In this document: positions 27,159-42,231 of the stretch, in pieces | How positions within the stretch are numbered: the stretch's first letter is position 1 | Layout: each line of letters begins with the position of its first letter | Origin: Octopus vulgaris | Taxonomy: Eukaryota | DNA length: 64,000 bases | Direction: 5' to 3' | Assembly: GCA_951406725.2 (NCBI GenBank) | Contig: OX597818.1 | Location: 108,314,001 to 108,378,000, forward strand | Notes under the pieces: generated by a model | What the model was told of the DNA's origin: nothing | Seen by the model: only the letters and a program-made list of their open reading frames with translations | Databases searched by the model: none | Position numbers and translations under genes: made by a program

Positions 27159-29102
27159 AGCTTGTTGAGTGCCACAGACCAAGTTTGTGGATGGTGCAAA
27201 GTCCCTTCCAGACCTAGAATTACGTGGTGGTGGAATAGTGCAGTAGATAAAGCCATCTGTGAAAAGAGACGGGCCTGGAAAGCCTGGAAGGATGGGGGCA
27301 GCAGGGAACTGTACCAGATAGCAAAAAGGGAGGCTGGGCGGCAGGTATACATTGCCAAAGATGTAGCAGAAAAGAAGAAGTTTGCCAATGTCCAGTGTCG
27401 CGAGGATCAAAGAGCTGAAGTATTTCGGATTGCCAGACAGTGTGTCAGAGAAAATAGCGATGTTATAGGAGAGAAATGTGTCCGCATGGATGATGGGGCA
27501 CTTGCTTTTACTACTAGTGAAAAGAAAGAGGCTTGGAGAAGCCATTATGAAAGACTGCTGAATGAGGAGAATGAATGGGAGGAGGAGAGCCTGCCAAATG
27601 TTGACCCAGTAGAGGGACCAGCTACCCGAATAGACAGCTCCCTTGTAGATAAGGCAATTAAGGATATGAAACCAGGCAAAGCCCCTGGCCTATCAGGAAT
27701 CACTGCTGAGATGCTTAAAACAGCTGGCTATGTGGGCCATGCCATAGTCACCCGCATTGTAAACCAGGTAGTTCACAATGGAGCCATACCCAATGACTGG
27801 TGCAGCAGCACCATAGTCAACTGCTACAAGGGTAAGGGTGATGCTCTAGATAGAAATAACTACAGAGGTATCAAACTGTTGGACCAGGTGATGAAGGTCT
27901 CAGAGAAGGTCATAACCAATCTCATTAGGGAGAGAATTTGTTTAGATGAAATGCAGTTCGGTTTTGTACCAGGTAGAAGCACCACTGATGCTATATTCCT
28001 GGTCCGACAACTGCAGGAGAAGTACCTAGCTAAAGATAAACCCCTCTACATAGCTTTTGTAGACTTGGAGAAAGCCTTTGACAGGGTTCCCTGTTCCCTT
28101 ATCTGGTGGTCGATGCGGAAACTGGAGATTGAAGAATGGCTAATAAGGGCTGTACAGGCTCTATACAGAGAGGCTGTCAGCAAGGTTAGGATTGGCAACG
28201 AATATAGTGAAGAATTCCGAGTAGAAGTAGGTGTGCACCAGGGCTCAGCCCTCAGTCCCCTTTTATTCATCATAGTCCTTCAGGCAATAACAGAGGAATT
28301 CAAAACGGGATGCCCCTGGGAGCTCCTCTATGCCGATGACCTAGCTCTCATAGCAGAATCACTACCGGAACTAGAAGAGAAATTTCGGGTGTGGAAGCAA
28401 GGGTTGGAATCAAAGGGCCTTAGAATAAATGTAGCAAAGACCAAAGTATTAGTAAGCAGCAAGAGGTACTCAGCACACATCCTCTCGGGTAGGTGGCCCT
28501 GCTCAACCTGTAGGAAAGGTACAGGTAGAAACTCCATAAGATGCACCCAATGTAAGTTATGGACACATAAGAGGTGCAGCAACATTAAAGGGAAATTAAC
28601 AGATAAGATAGCTTTCATGTGCGGCAGATGCACAGGGACAATAGACACAACAGACACTCAGAAAACAGATTCCATCACACTCCAGGGAGAGAAACTAGAA
28701 GTAAGTATCCTGAGAGAAATGCTGGATATAAGAAGCATCAGATGTGGTGTGCAAGAGCGACGCTTGCGATGGTATGGTCATGTGCTGCGGATGGATGAAG
28801 AGAGATGTGTGAAGAAGTGCCACTCCCAAACAGTTGAAGGTATCAGGGGGAGAGGTAGACCCAGGAAGACATGGGATGAGGTGGTCAAGCATGACCTCAG
28901 AGCATTGGGCCTCACTGAGGCAATGGCGAAGGACCGAGATCTCTGGAGATATGCTGTGACTACAAAGACCCGGGCTGCTTTCTGCAGCAATTCCACATAC
29001 CCCCTACCCATTCTAAGTACCCCGGATCCCCAAAGTACCCTGGATCCCCAAAGTACCCCGATCCCCAAAGTACCCCGGACCTCGTTGCCCCCGTGCCGCT
29101 GA
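27159..29102 (+). pseudogene. RTE reverse transcriptase ORF remnant (RT + PHD-like C4HC3 finger), 5'-truncated and internally deleted
   Basis: Part of track ORF 27033-29102, whose first ~42 codons are microsatellite. YADD at 28329-28340; CxxC..CxxC..HxxC..CxxC at 28500-28631; deletion junction at ~28701-28703. Confidence 0.9.
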
Positions 29103-29351
29103 CACGTTAAAATGCTCGAACCGATCGTGACGATGCCGGACCCTCCGGCCCCTGTGCAGGTGGCACGTAAAAAGCACCCAATCCACTCACGGAGTGGTTG
29201 GCGTTAGGAAGGGCATCCAGCCGTAGAAACTCTGCCAGATTCAGACTAGAGCCTGGTGCGGCCCCTGGCTTCCCAGACCCGGTCAAACCGTCCAACCCGT
29301 GCTAGCGCGGAAAGCGGACGTTAAACGATGATGATGATGATGATGATGATG
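27159..29351 (+). mobile_element. RTE-clade non-LTR retrotransposon (LINE), 5'-truncated, with 3' UTR and (GAT)n tail
   Basis: Open frame with RT motifs KAPG, NYRGIKLL, QFGF.PGRST.DAIF, AFVDLEKAFDRV, GVHQGSALSPLLF, LLYADD and C-terminal RLRWYGHVLRM...RGRGRPRKTW typical of RTE ORFs. Ends in GTTAAAC(GAT)n. 5' end abuts a TA/TG microsatellite; the APE domain is absent. Confidence 0.95.
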
Positions 29352-29418
<67 letters not shown>

Positions 29419-30197
29419 CAAATACATTGTGCAAATACAATCAGATGCAGAGGGCATATGTGTACATAGAATATCTACATAGTGTCATAGCTTCCATGTC
29501 ACACCTACACTGATCTATATCCTGTACAAAATGCTCCACTGAAAACTCCTTTCACAGTCAGGACTATTCCTAAGCATAAATCAAATCCAAGGTTTAACCC
29601 CGCACATGCTTCCCAATGATTTTTATCAGATTCTGATTACACTGTGAGTGAGAAAGTTGTCTCTATTTGCCCATAAAACAAACCAGAAAACATAGAGAAA
29701 TCACACTGACTGCACTGGTGAATGTATAAAATTATTAAAGTCATGTCTATACATGATTATAAGTTTTCAGCAGATCAATGATGTTTTCATATTTTCAATG
29801 AGATTCAATCAAGTGTGAAAAGAAATCTCTTTATGGTAAGTGAACATCACTTGAGAGAAAACTCCATGGTTGAACGACAAATAGGATTTATTAATTTGAT
29901 AGTTTCTTCTTAATAAATAAATGTAACAATATGTGTGTGCGTGTGTGTGTGTGTATGAATATATGTATGTATGTATATATACATGCATGTCTGTATGTAG
30001 GTATGTAGCTATGTTTATACACACACACTTATATGAAGATAAATAGGTAGATACATACATACATACATACAAATATTTACATATATATACACAGATTAAT
30101 AGAGATATATACACATAGATGTATACATATATACAGACATACACACATACACACACATATATATACATACATACATGCATATGTGTGTGTGCATGTG

Positions 30198-30230
<33 letters not shown>

Positions 30231-30648
30231 AGTGTGTGCATGCATATATGTGGTGAGAGAGCAAAAAAATAACACAATGGAATAAGTTCATGAGCGAAAA
30301 TATTAATAAGAATGCAAGCCATTCCTGTACTAAATGTATTTCATCTTAATTTGTCTCACTTTGGACTCATTAACACAACGTTGCTTAAAAATTGTCAGCA
30401 GTGAATTAAAAGATGTTCAAAAGTGTGACACAAGTTTCCGTGATAAAACGGTATTAAAAAAAAGACCTGAAATATCCCATAAAACCAACACATGTATAAA
30501 TTTCCATCCATCTCAGATGGTCCTTTTGTTTCACTGAGCCAATCATGTGATTCCTTTCATGATTTGGCTGTTGACAAAGAGCCAACAGTATTAACTAAAA
30601 TTTATCTTTTATTTTTCGTTTGTCTTAGTCATTAGACTTCAGCCAATA

Positions 30649-30699
<51 letters not shown>

Positions 30700-30700
<1 letters not shown>

Positions 30701-30884
30701 TAACATTGAAAAATACCTTAGGAATGAGAACCCAGGTTCAAAATTTCTCCAAGACACCTGATGAAGGCTGGAAGGTATATCAGCTGAAACGTTGTGTTAA
30801 CAACAAACAAGATGAGGACAAATATCCTCAAATGTAAATAATGTAAACAATGTACATAATTCCTCATCTCTTAAATATAGAACA
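30700..30884 (+). mobile_element. Probable Penelope-like element terminal fragment following an (AAT)n tract
   Basis: Short non-coding repeat-like segment carrying the hammerhead motif; the PLE assignment is inferred from the ribozyme type. Confidence 0.5.
30753..30798 (+). ncRNA. Minimal type-I hammerhead ribozyme motif (Penelope-like-element type)
   Basis: Stem I GACAC/GTGTT; core CTGATGA (30758-30764); stem II GGCTG/CAGCT; GAAAC-GTT with palindromic AACGTT stem III. Confidence 0.75.
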
Positions 30885-31332
30885 CCTCACTGAGCGAATG
30901 ACTAGTTACCGAGGCTTTTGGAAATATGCTGTGCTTGAGAAGATCCAGCAAACCAAGTGAGACCATAACCTGCGGCCTATGCCAGGTGTGTAACTAGCCC
31001 ACTTATGCATACTTTCCTTCATTGGACACTAAACTCTGCTTGTGAAAACCTGTCGAGGCAAGTGGAATTGAAATCGAAATCAAATTTAATGACTGGCATC
31101 CATGCTAGTGGAGCGCTAAGAACACCATCCGAGTGTGATCATTGCCAGAGCAGCTGACTGGCTTCCATGCACTACACTCTCAGAGTGGTTGGCATTAGGA
31201 AGGGCATCCAGCTGTAGAAACTTTGCCAGATCAAGATTGGAGCCTGGTGCAGCCATCTGGTTCACCAGTCCTCAGTCAAATCGTCCAACCCATGCCAGCA
31301 TGGAAAGCGGACATTAATTGATGATGATGGTG
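30885..31332 (+). mobile_element. RTE 3' fragment
   Basis: ORF-end motif TGGAAATATGCTGTGCTTGAGAAG, core and tail. Confidence 0.85.
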
Positions 31333-31334
31333 AT

Positions 31335-32430
31335 TATACAGTGTCCTAGCAACAGCTTCATGTCTCATTGGTAGATAATACCGTGATGACATTTTCGGAT
31401 AACTGCTTATGATGTGGGTGATATCTTCGGTGTTAACTCCACAAAGTTTGCATCGGTTGTCACATTTTGCTGCTTTTCCTGCATCTCTGTCCCTTTTGCG
31501 CATCAGGTACTCAGTTGAGATTTCCCGTTCCTGGATTGCAAACGCATACCATTCAATGTAGGAAGTAGTAATCCGGTTATTGATCCATGTTTGACAGTTT
31601 TGATGATCGATGTTACTATCATCTCGGAGCTTCCTACTGACATATCCATGCAAGATCTTCTGCTCATATAGGTTCATCCTTTCATGTAATGATACATGGC
31701 GGTAGAGTCATGTGACTTATTTAAGCATATATTTAAGGTTATCAGACAAAGAATGCTACCCAAGGAGGTGCTTTCTATGTCTCATGATGTAATCAGCCTC
31801 ATGTATGCAAACTTGAGCAAGGGATACACTTCAACAGCTGGTGGTCAAAAGATGCTGCGCTAAGGATACGATATGACATTCAAAGGCATTTTGGATCGAT
31901 GTTAAGCCTCTAACATGTTTTCTTTTTATATAGAGGCAGTCTAAGTTACTGTTGAGGTGGAAATTATGTTTGCTTGTTAGTATCTTCTGGGTTTTCACAT
32001 CAATGGCTCAGATCTCATCAAGCATCCAATCAAACAGCCCAAATGTTGGTATAAATACTGCTATTGCAAACACATTGTGGGCCACTGTTTTATTGAATGC
32101 AGGGAGTTCCGAGGTCCATATTTTCTTTATTCAGTTGTAATATTCTTTAGTGACGTGTTTTGTTACAGGTGTTATGGCAAGATATGTTTTTATCCACCCT
32201 TAGAAACTTGTAATATTCCTCATCAGACATAGAGGAAACAGTCAAATCATTGGTGGAGATGCTGCTAGTCTGGTTTACAAATTTCCCTCTTTTCACAACC
32301 ATATAACGACATTTATCCTGACCAAACTCCAACTGTGTATCTCTTGAGAATGTTGGAACCAGGTCAAGGCTCTTTTTCATCTCATGTATATTTTTTGCAT
32401 ATAGCTTCAAGTCATTCACAAAGAAACAGT
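31335..32430 (-). mobile_element. R4/Dong-like (RLE-type) non-LTR retrotransposon relic
   Basis: (F)(M)NDLKLYAKN, LEFGQDKC (RT); CKLCG..TEDITHIISS.P.M..RYYLPMRH (CCHC + RH motif). Confidence 0.8.
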
Positions 32431-32739
32431 GTGTAATTTCCGTATTTCTGTTTCCTTGTCAACCAGTGAGATATCTTTAAGACTTTCTTAACATGAATGA
32501 CAAAAGGTTTACAGAAAGTATAAACAACATCCCAGATAGGCTGTCCCCATAGAATATGCTTCTGTGATATTATATTCCAGCAGTGATAATACAATCACTC
32601 CTTGTCTGTATGTATGTATGTATGTATGTATAACAGAACAAAAGCATATACAGGCAGTCAACAGGTATCAAGTCAGTTTGTTATGCATTTCCTTTATACT
32701 TATATAGCATACTAAAGATAAAAGCAAATATATATAAAG

Positions 32740-32778
<39 letters not shown>

Positions 32779-32781
<3 letters not shown>

Positions 32782-33561
32782 GGTGCAGTCTGAATTATTC
32801 AGAAATGAAACTGACATTTCATTTACTAAAATTACATAAAAATATCTTGAAATACTAAAGAGTAAATTTATTCAATAAATTCGCCATTGGCTTCAAGTAC
32901 GGCCTCCAGACAACTTCGGAATCTCTTGCAACTTTTTTAGTTGGTGAATGCTGCCATAATACTTGCCTTCAGTTCATCTTTGGTGTTACAAATTTTGTTG
33001 GTTTCTTGCTCACATAATAATCAAGTGGGATGCAGTCTGAGGAGTTAGGTGGCTAGATGTTATGGGGTGATGTGGTCGCAGAAATTGTCTGACAGCCATG
33101 ACTGGGTTCTCCTGTTTGTGTGACATGGTGCAGAGTCCTGTTGCCAGACATATTCTTCCAGCAACTACCCTCTTGACCCAAGGCAGCACTACCTCCTCCA
33201 GGCACTTGATGTAGGCCTTCTTGTTAAGTGTGAGGTGGTGTGGGAAGATGAATTGAGACATAATGCTACCATCACTAATGATCACCCCAAACACTATAAT
33301 GTTCGATTTTTATCACTCTCGGTACATGTCCTCAGATTGACGACACCCAAACACTCTGAAATGTTCGTATTGGAGCTTCCAGAACGAATGCCAAGTAGTA
33401 CAGCATGTCGTCTCCAAATTTCTGGCAGAGTGAATTGCATCATGGTGCCGGTTTTCTCACAGATGGTGCCCAACTGACTCGACAGTAAATCAAAAACAAA
33501 CAATGGACCTGGGCGAAATTAAAAATATGAAATGGTGACAATTTACACATAGCACCGTCTG
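32779..33561 (-). mobile_element. DD37D (maT)-type Tc1/mariner transposon relic, internally deleted
   Basis: Minus strand WQQDSAPCH...PPNSSDCIPLDYYV with 37 residues between the last two catalytic Asp (one frameshift corrected). CAG-starting ends lie in TA/TG tracts. Confidence 0.8.
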
Positions 33562-33747
33562 TGTGTGTGTGTGTGTGTAAATTTAATGCACACTCTATAC
33601 ATTTAACTAATCCGGAGGTACTCACAAAAAAAAAAGCTCTTTTAGTGGACCAGGCTACGAACAATAAAGGCTGTGAAATAATCTTTGTTATACATCTATC
33701 AATTGGTGAAATAAATATATTCATCTTATACCTCCTCTCTTTCTTTC

Positions 33748-34112
33748 ATCATCATCGTCGTCATCATCATCATCGTTTAACGTCCGTTTTATATGCTAGC
33801 ATAGGTTAGACGGTTTGCCTGAGGACTGGCAAGCCTGTAGGCTGCACCAGGCTCCAATCTGATCTGGCAAGGTTTCTACAGCTGGATGCCCTTCCTTACA
33901 CCAACTACTCCGAGAGTGTACTGAGTACTTTTTATATGCCACCAGAATGGGGAGCCAATCAGGCAGAACTGGCATCGACCATGTTTGGATGGTGCTTTTC
34001 ACATGCCACCATCACAGGTGCCAGGTGGGGGGAACTGGCATCAACCACATTTGGATAGTGTTTTTTTACATGCCACCGGCATGGGGAGCCAGTCAGGCGT
34101 TACTGACATCGA
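33748..34112 (-). mobile_element. RTE 3'-end copy
   Basis: (CAT)n tail, core, ~3 units. Confidence 0.88.
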
Positions 34113-34469
34113 TAGATAGAGGAGGAAGTGAGAAATAGTCTGGAATGTGGAAAGTTCATAATAGCTGTAATCCAAATGAATGCAAGATAAAGCAGAATGG
34201 AAGTCCATAGTGTTGATGAGGCATAGATTGCTAAGGTAGGTCAATGGTATCAAGGTATCTGTGAATTATTAAATTAATGAACATTGTAGATTAAAATGAA
34301 TAATAAAATAAGGACATGACTTAAAGTTTAGTAATTTGCATTTGTTAATTGTAGACATCTGTAATTAGTGTAAATATATAGTAAGTGTTAATGTTTAATT
34401 TTTATATATTTAAAAAGGATATCAAGAAATGCAGGTAGGAATATAATAAAGAAGTGCTGGTACCACATT

Positions 34470-34710
34470 TCAAGCACTGGTGCTGGTGCCATGTAAAAGC
34501 CACCCAGAACACTGTGTTAAGTGGTTGGCATTAGGAAGGGCATCCAACTGTAGAGACTATGCCAAGACACAATTGGAGCCTGGTGCAGTTCTCTGGCATT
34601 GCCAGCTCCTGTCAAGCCATCCAACCCATGCCAGCATGGAAAGCAGACATTAGATAATGATGATGATGACGATGCAACAATGACTATGATTACAACGATG
34701 ATGATGATGA
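34470..34710 (+). mobile_element. RTE 3'-end copy
   Basis: GTGGTTGGCATTAGGAAGGGCATCC core; CCAACCCATGCCAGCATGGAAAGCAGAC tail. Confidence 0.88.
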
Positions 34711-35663
34711 TTAGTAGCGGAAATTGAGTCAACTAAAAACAATCAGGTATTGAAACCACAATATCTTGCAGCAAGCTGTGGCCCTTCTGCTCTATCACAC
34801 TCTGCACATAATAAAATGAAATATCAATAAAATAGATACAAAAAAAAAAACATAATTACTTCTCTATAAGAATAAATATAGGAAACATTATGAAGCAGGA
34901 GAAAAAAAAAATTATGTTTCTGGTAATTTTACCATTTTTCTATTGCAAAATTTGTCAAGCTTTATATTTAAAGACAGGAAAAAAAAATTGTAAGGTTTGT
35001 ACAATTCCCCTCCTCACCAAAGAAAAAAACAGAAAGAAGTAATGGAAGGAAATTTTTTAAAAATTAAAGACAAAATAAACTACCATATTATTATTATTAT
35101 TATTATTGTTATTTTATTTCTTGAAGCAAAATTGTTGAAATAAGTTAGTATTAACATCAAGCTACCAAAATTATATCTAATTTAAAGAAATACTGCTTAA
35201 AAACAGTTTTCACTTTGAAATATCTTTGAATTTTTGGCTTTTCATCACGTTTCCTTTTTATTCAAATCTTGTTATTGTTGTTGTTGCTGTTGTTATTGTT
35301 GTTATTGTTGTTGCTGCTGCTTCTGCTGCTGTCGTTGTTTGTACATTATCCTTTACGTTTTTTACATTTCCCTTTTCACAAGAAATTCACTACAAGCGAT
35401 CAGCAGCTGCAAATACAGCAGCACTAAATTACAAGATGGCCAGATTACAGAGAAATATTTTGGAGAAAAAGAGAGACGGAAAGAAGCAGAGTGGCACCAG
35501 AACTGAAGATCTGCCTCATTACTTTATCGAAGATCATTACAGACTAGAGCAAAACTCTGTAGCACTTTCAAGTTTCTCTCAGAAAACAAACACAAAAAAT
35601 TATTGATGAAACAATATTTGTCATTACTAATTAATCATGGAATGATTCAAAGACATACAAATC

Positions 35664-39268
<3,605 letters not shown>

Positions 39269-39636
39269 GTGTGTAAGTTTATTTTCTGAAACATTTTATA
39301 AAAAGCAAAAAACACCATCATTAGAATATTTTCTGAAGAATATTTGGGGGGAAAAAAACATTGAAGGAAATAATATTTAAGCTTTGCTTTAAAAATCCTT
39401 TAATTTGAGAATAAAATAACAAAAAAACAACTACAATAAGTATATTATCAACAACATCAAAATGGATTTTAGAAGAGATAAAAAAAAAACATATTTCTGG
39501 TTTGTTTTTTTTTTACTTATACTTTTGTTAATATACTTTAACAGAAACAAACAGAATAGTTATTATCTCTGATATATTTTGATTTTCTCTCAGCTTCTTT
39601 TCTCCTTTTTCTTTTTTTTGATGTTGTTCTTGTTGT

Positions 39637-39678
39637 AGCTGCTGCTGTTGCTGCTGCTGCTGTTGCTGCTGCTGCTGT

Positions 39679-39713
<35 letters not shown>
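39637..39713. repeat. (GCT)4GTT higher-order trinucleotide repeat
   Basis: 15-bp period GCTGCTGCTGCTGTT. Confidence 0.9.
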
Positions 39714-39714
<1 letters not shown>

Positions 39715-40439
39715 GACCTGTGGATAAATCTATGTGAAACTGGGGTCCCAAGGCATATCCATCAATGGCAGGCTACTCTATAGTTTAAATCAGAATTGAT
39801 GGTTCTCTTCTTTGACCTCCTTGCTTCAAAGGCTTTTTAAGTGCCTTCAAGAAGACTCTAGAACAGTTTATTCATTTAATATATTTTTATTGTTCGGTTT
39901 TCCTTCTTTTCGGGTTTTTATATATATTTATTTTATTTATTTTTTTATTAATATAATTTATTTTTTCTATTGAGAAAGAGAAGTAGTAGAACCCAGAACC
40001 AAATGCTTTGCATTTTCTGGTTTCATCCTCCGACGTTCCAAGTTCAAATTCCACCAAATACTTGCCTCTTTCTACCAGCAATCTGACCATCTCTAACTAT
40101 GAACAGCCTCACTAGAAATTTTTATCTTAATCTCAATATAAGAAATCTGTTAGTATATTACAATGATATATTTAGCAATTTGGCTAAAGAGACTGATAGA
40201 ATAAGTACCAGCCATTAAAAAAATGTAATAAGTTCTGGGATCAATTCATTCAACTAAAAATTCTTCAAGGTGGTGCCCCAGCATGGCCACAGTCTTATGA
40301 CTGAAACAAGTAAAAAGATAGAGGATTAAAGAAATTCGTTTCTACAGCAAAACTCTCCGAAGTGAAATTCCTCACATGATCTGATTTTCCCCTTTACACC
40401 TGAAAGGTGAGTGATCAAAACAATTGTTGTACACCATGT

Positions 40440-41790
40440 TTGTATTGAGTTAACTAGTCACCTTTTCTGCAATGTACTAAACCCACAGTCTTTCAGTGCA
40501 TCCAAAATACTATTCCAGTCCCCCAATAGTACTAAAGAGTGAGATATTCCCAAGAATGTTTCTAGACGCCTGAAGAAATCTAGCCTTCCAGCCCCTGTCA
40601 GGTGATAAACTGCTACCTGTCCAAAGGCACCACCTTCACTGCCATTAACATCCAGACCACCATCCACGTGCAAGAAGATAGGTCGTACTTGGAGATCGAA
40701 GGATATTTGGAGTAGCACTGCTACACTGCCACTTGCTCCCAATAGACCACAGGATTAAAATATCTTGTAGTCCTCGGAAGTGAATGCTAGAGCAAGCTTT
40801 CTGGAAATTCCTGTTTCACTAATGGTGGCCACATCTAAATCAAGCAGCCCGAGATCAATGAGCAAGTGACCTTGCTTCCAAGCTGATCCCAGGTCTCACA
40901 CATTTGCACACCCCACTCTCAGCACAATCATGTTAGTGAGAGAAAGAAAAAGGGGTCCCTCACCTTGATTTTCAAGAGGCCCAGATGTTTGGGGCCTCTC
41001 TACTGGCCAAAGGTTTTTTAAAAGGCCCTTCCAAAAAGCCTTTTGTCAATTAATTTTTTTTTCAAATCCCCACATTATATGAAAATTTTTCACAGAGTGT
41101 TTTATAAACATCTGATGACATTTTAACTGATAACCTGTCCTTCAAGATTTTGAGGATGAAATCCTCAAATTCCTTTCCCTCTGTCTCAATTTTGCTTTTA
41201 TTTTGATTTACAAAACCCATTAATTCACTGTCGCATTTATTCACAGCAGTGGAATTGATGGATCCATTTCGCCAACAACTGGAAGCATTTTCTTGCTTTT
41301 GCACTTTCATTATTGGCTGTTTCTGTTGATGATGTTGCTGTTTTTGTAGTTGTTCACGTTCTTCTTATAGTATTTGTGCATCTTTTTGTTGTGTTCTTAG
41401 AATAGGGCTGTGAACCCTCCTCTTCTTTCATTTACTTCCTTTTGTCTATTATTCAGTCTGCTCTTCTTTCTCCATGTCATTGCTGTTGTTGGCTTGGTGA
41501 GCAGAGCGTTCAGGAGAAGCTTGCTTTTCCATGGCAACTGGGAGTAAACTCTTTCATTGTCTTGGTGTGGGTGTGGGCGCTTTGATCACATCAGCATCAT
41601 TTTGTGTTTGTGGTGTTTGTAGAGTTGACAGAGGTGGGAGTGTTGTTTTCCTTGTTTGAGGTCAGAAAGCTTTAAGTGGATCACAGATCCACATATGTGG
41701 CATCTTGGTTTTCTACCTGCCACTAACACTGACAGGTGAGAGCCATCTGGAAGGTCCATTAGGTCAAGTTGCTCATCAGTTACAGGTTTG
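40440..41790 (-). mobile_element. L1/Tx1-like LINE relic (APE domain plus probable ORF1 remnant upstream)
   Basis: Minus strand: LRVGCANV, LDLDVATISET, DFFRRLETFL, LVLLGDWNSILD (APE motifs). The upstream ORF1 assignment is positional only. Confidence 0.65.
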
Positions 41791-41889
41791 CTTATATTGT
41801 AAAGTCAGTTCCATATCTGTACCTAACAAGTTTCATTCAGGTATTTTCAACTGGTATTTATTTTGTCAACACCAACATCAAAATAAAAA

Positions 41890-42231
41890 TCAAATGGAAA
41901 TTGTAGTTAAGACACCTGTACCGGTCACACGTAAAAAGCACTGTCCAAACATAGCAGATGCCAGCGCTGCCTGACTGGTGTCCGTTTCGGTGACACGTAA
42001 CAGCACCAACCGATCGTGGCCGTTTGCCAGCCTCCTCTGGTCCCTGTGCCGGTGGCACGTTAAAAACACCCACTACACTCAAGTGGTTGGCGTTAGGAAG
42101 GGCATCTAGCTGTAGAAACTCTACCAGATCAGACTGGAGCCTGGTGCAGCCTCCATGGCTTACCAGACCCTGGTCAAACCGTCCAACCCATGCTAGCATG
42201 GAAAACGGGCGTTAAATGATGATGATGATGA
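41890..42231 (+). mobile_element. RTE 3'-end copy
   Basis: Very similar to the 842-1200 copy in the opposite orientation. Confidence 0.9.

Noticed and set aside
39560-39725. PolyQ exon on the minus strand
   Set aside because: A CAG acceptor exists but has a poor pyrimidine tract; the frame runs into A-rich low complexity, and similar CAG/CAA tracts occur elsewhere as plain repeats.
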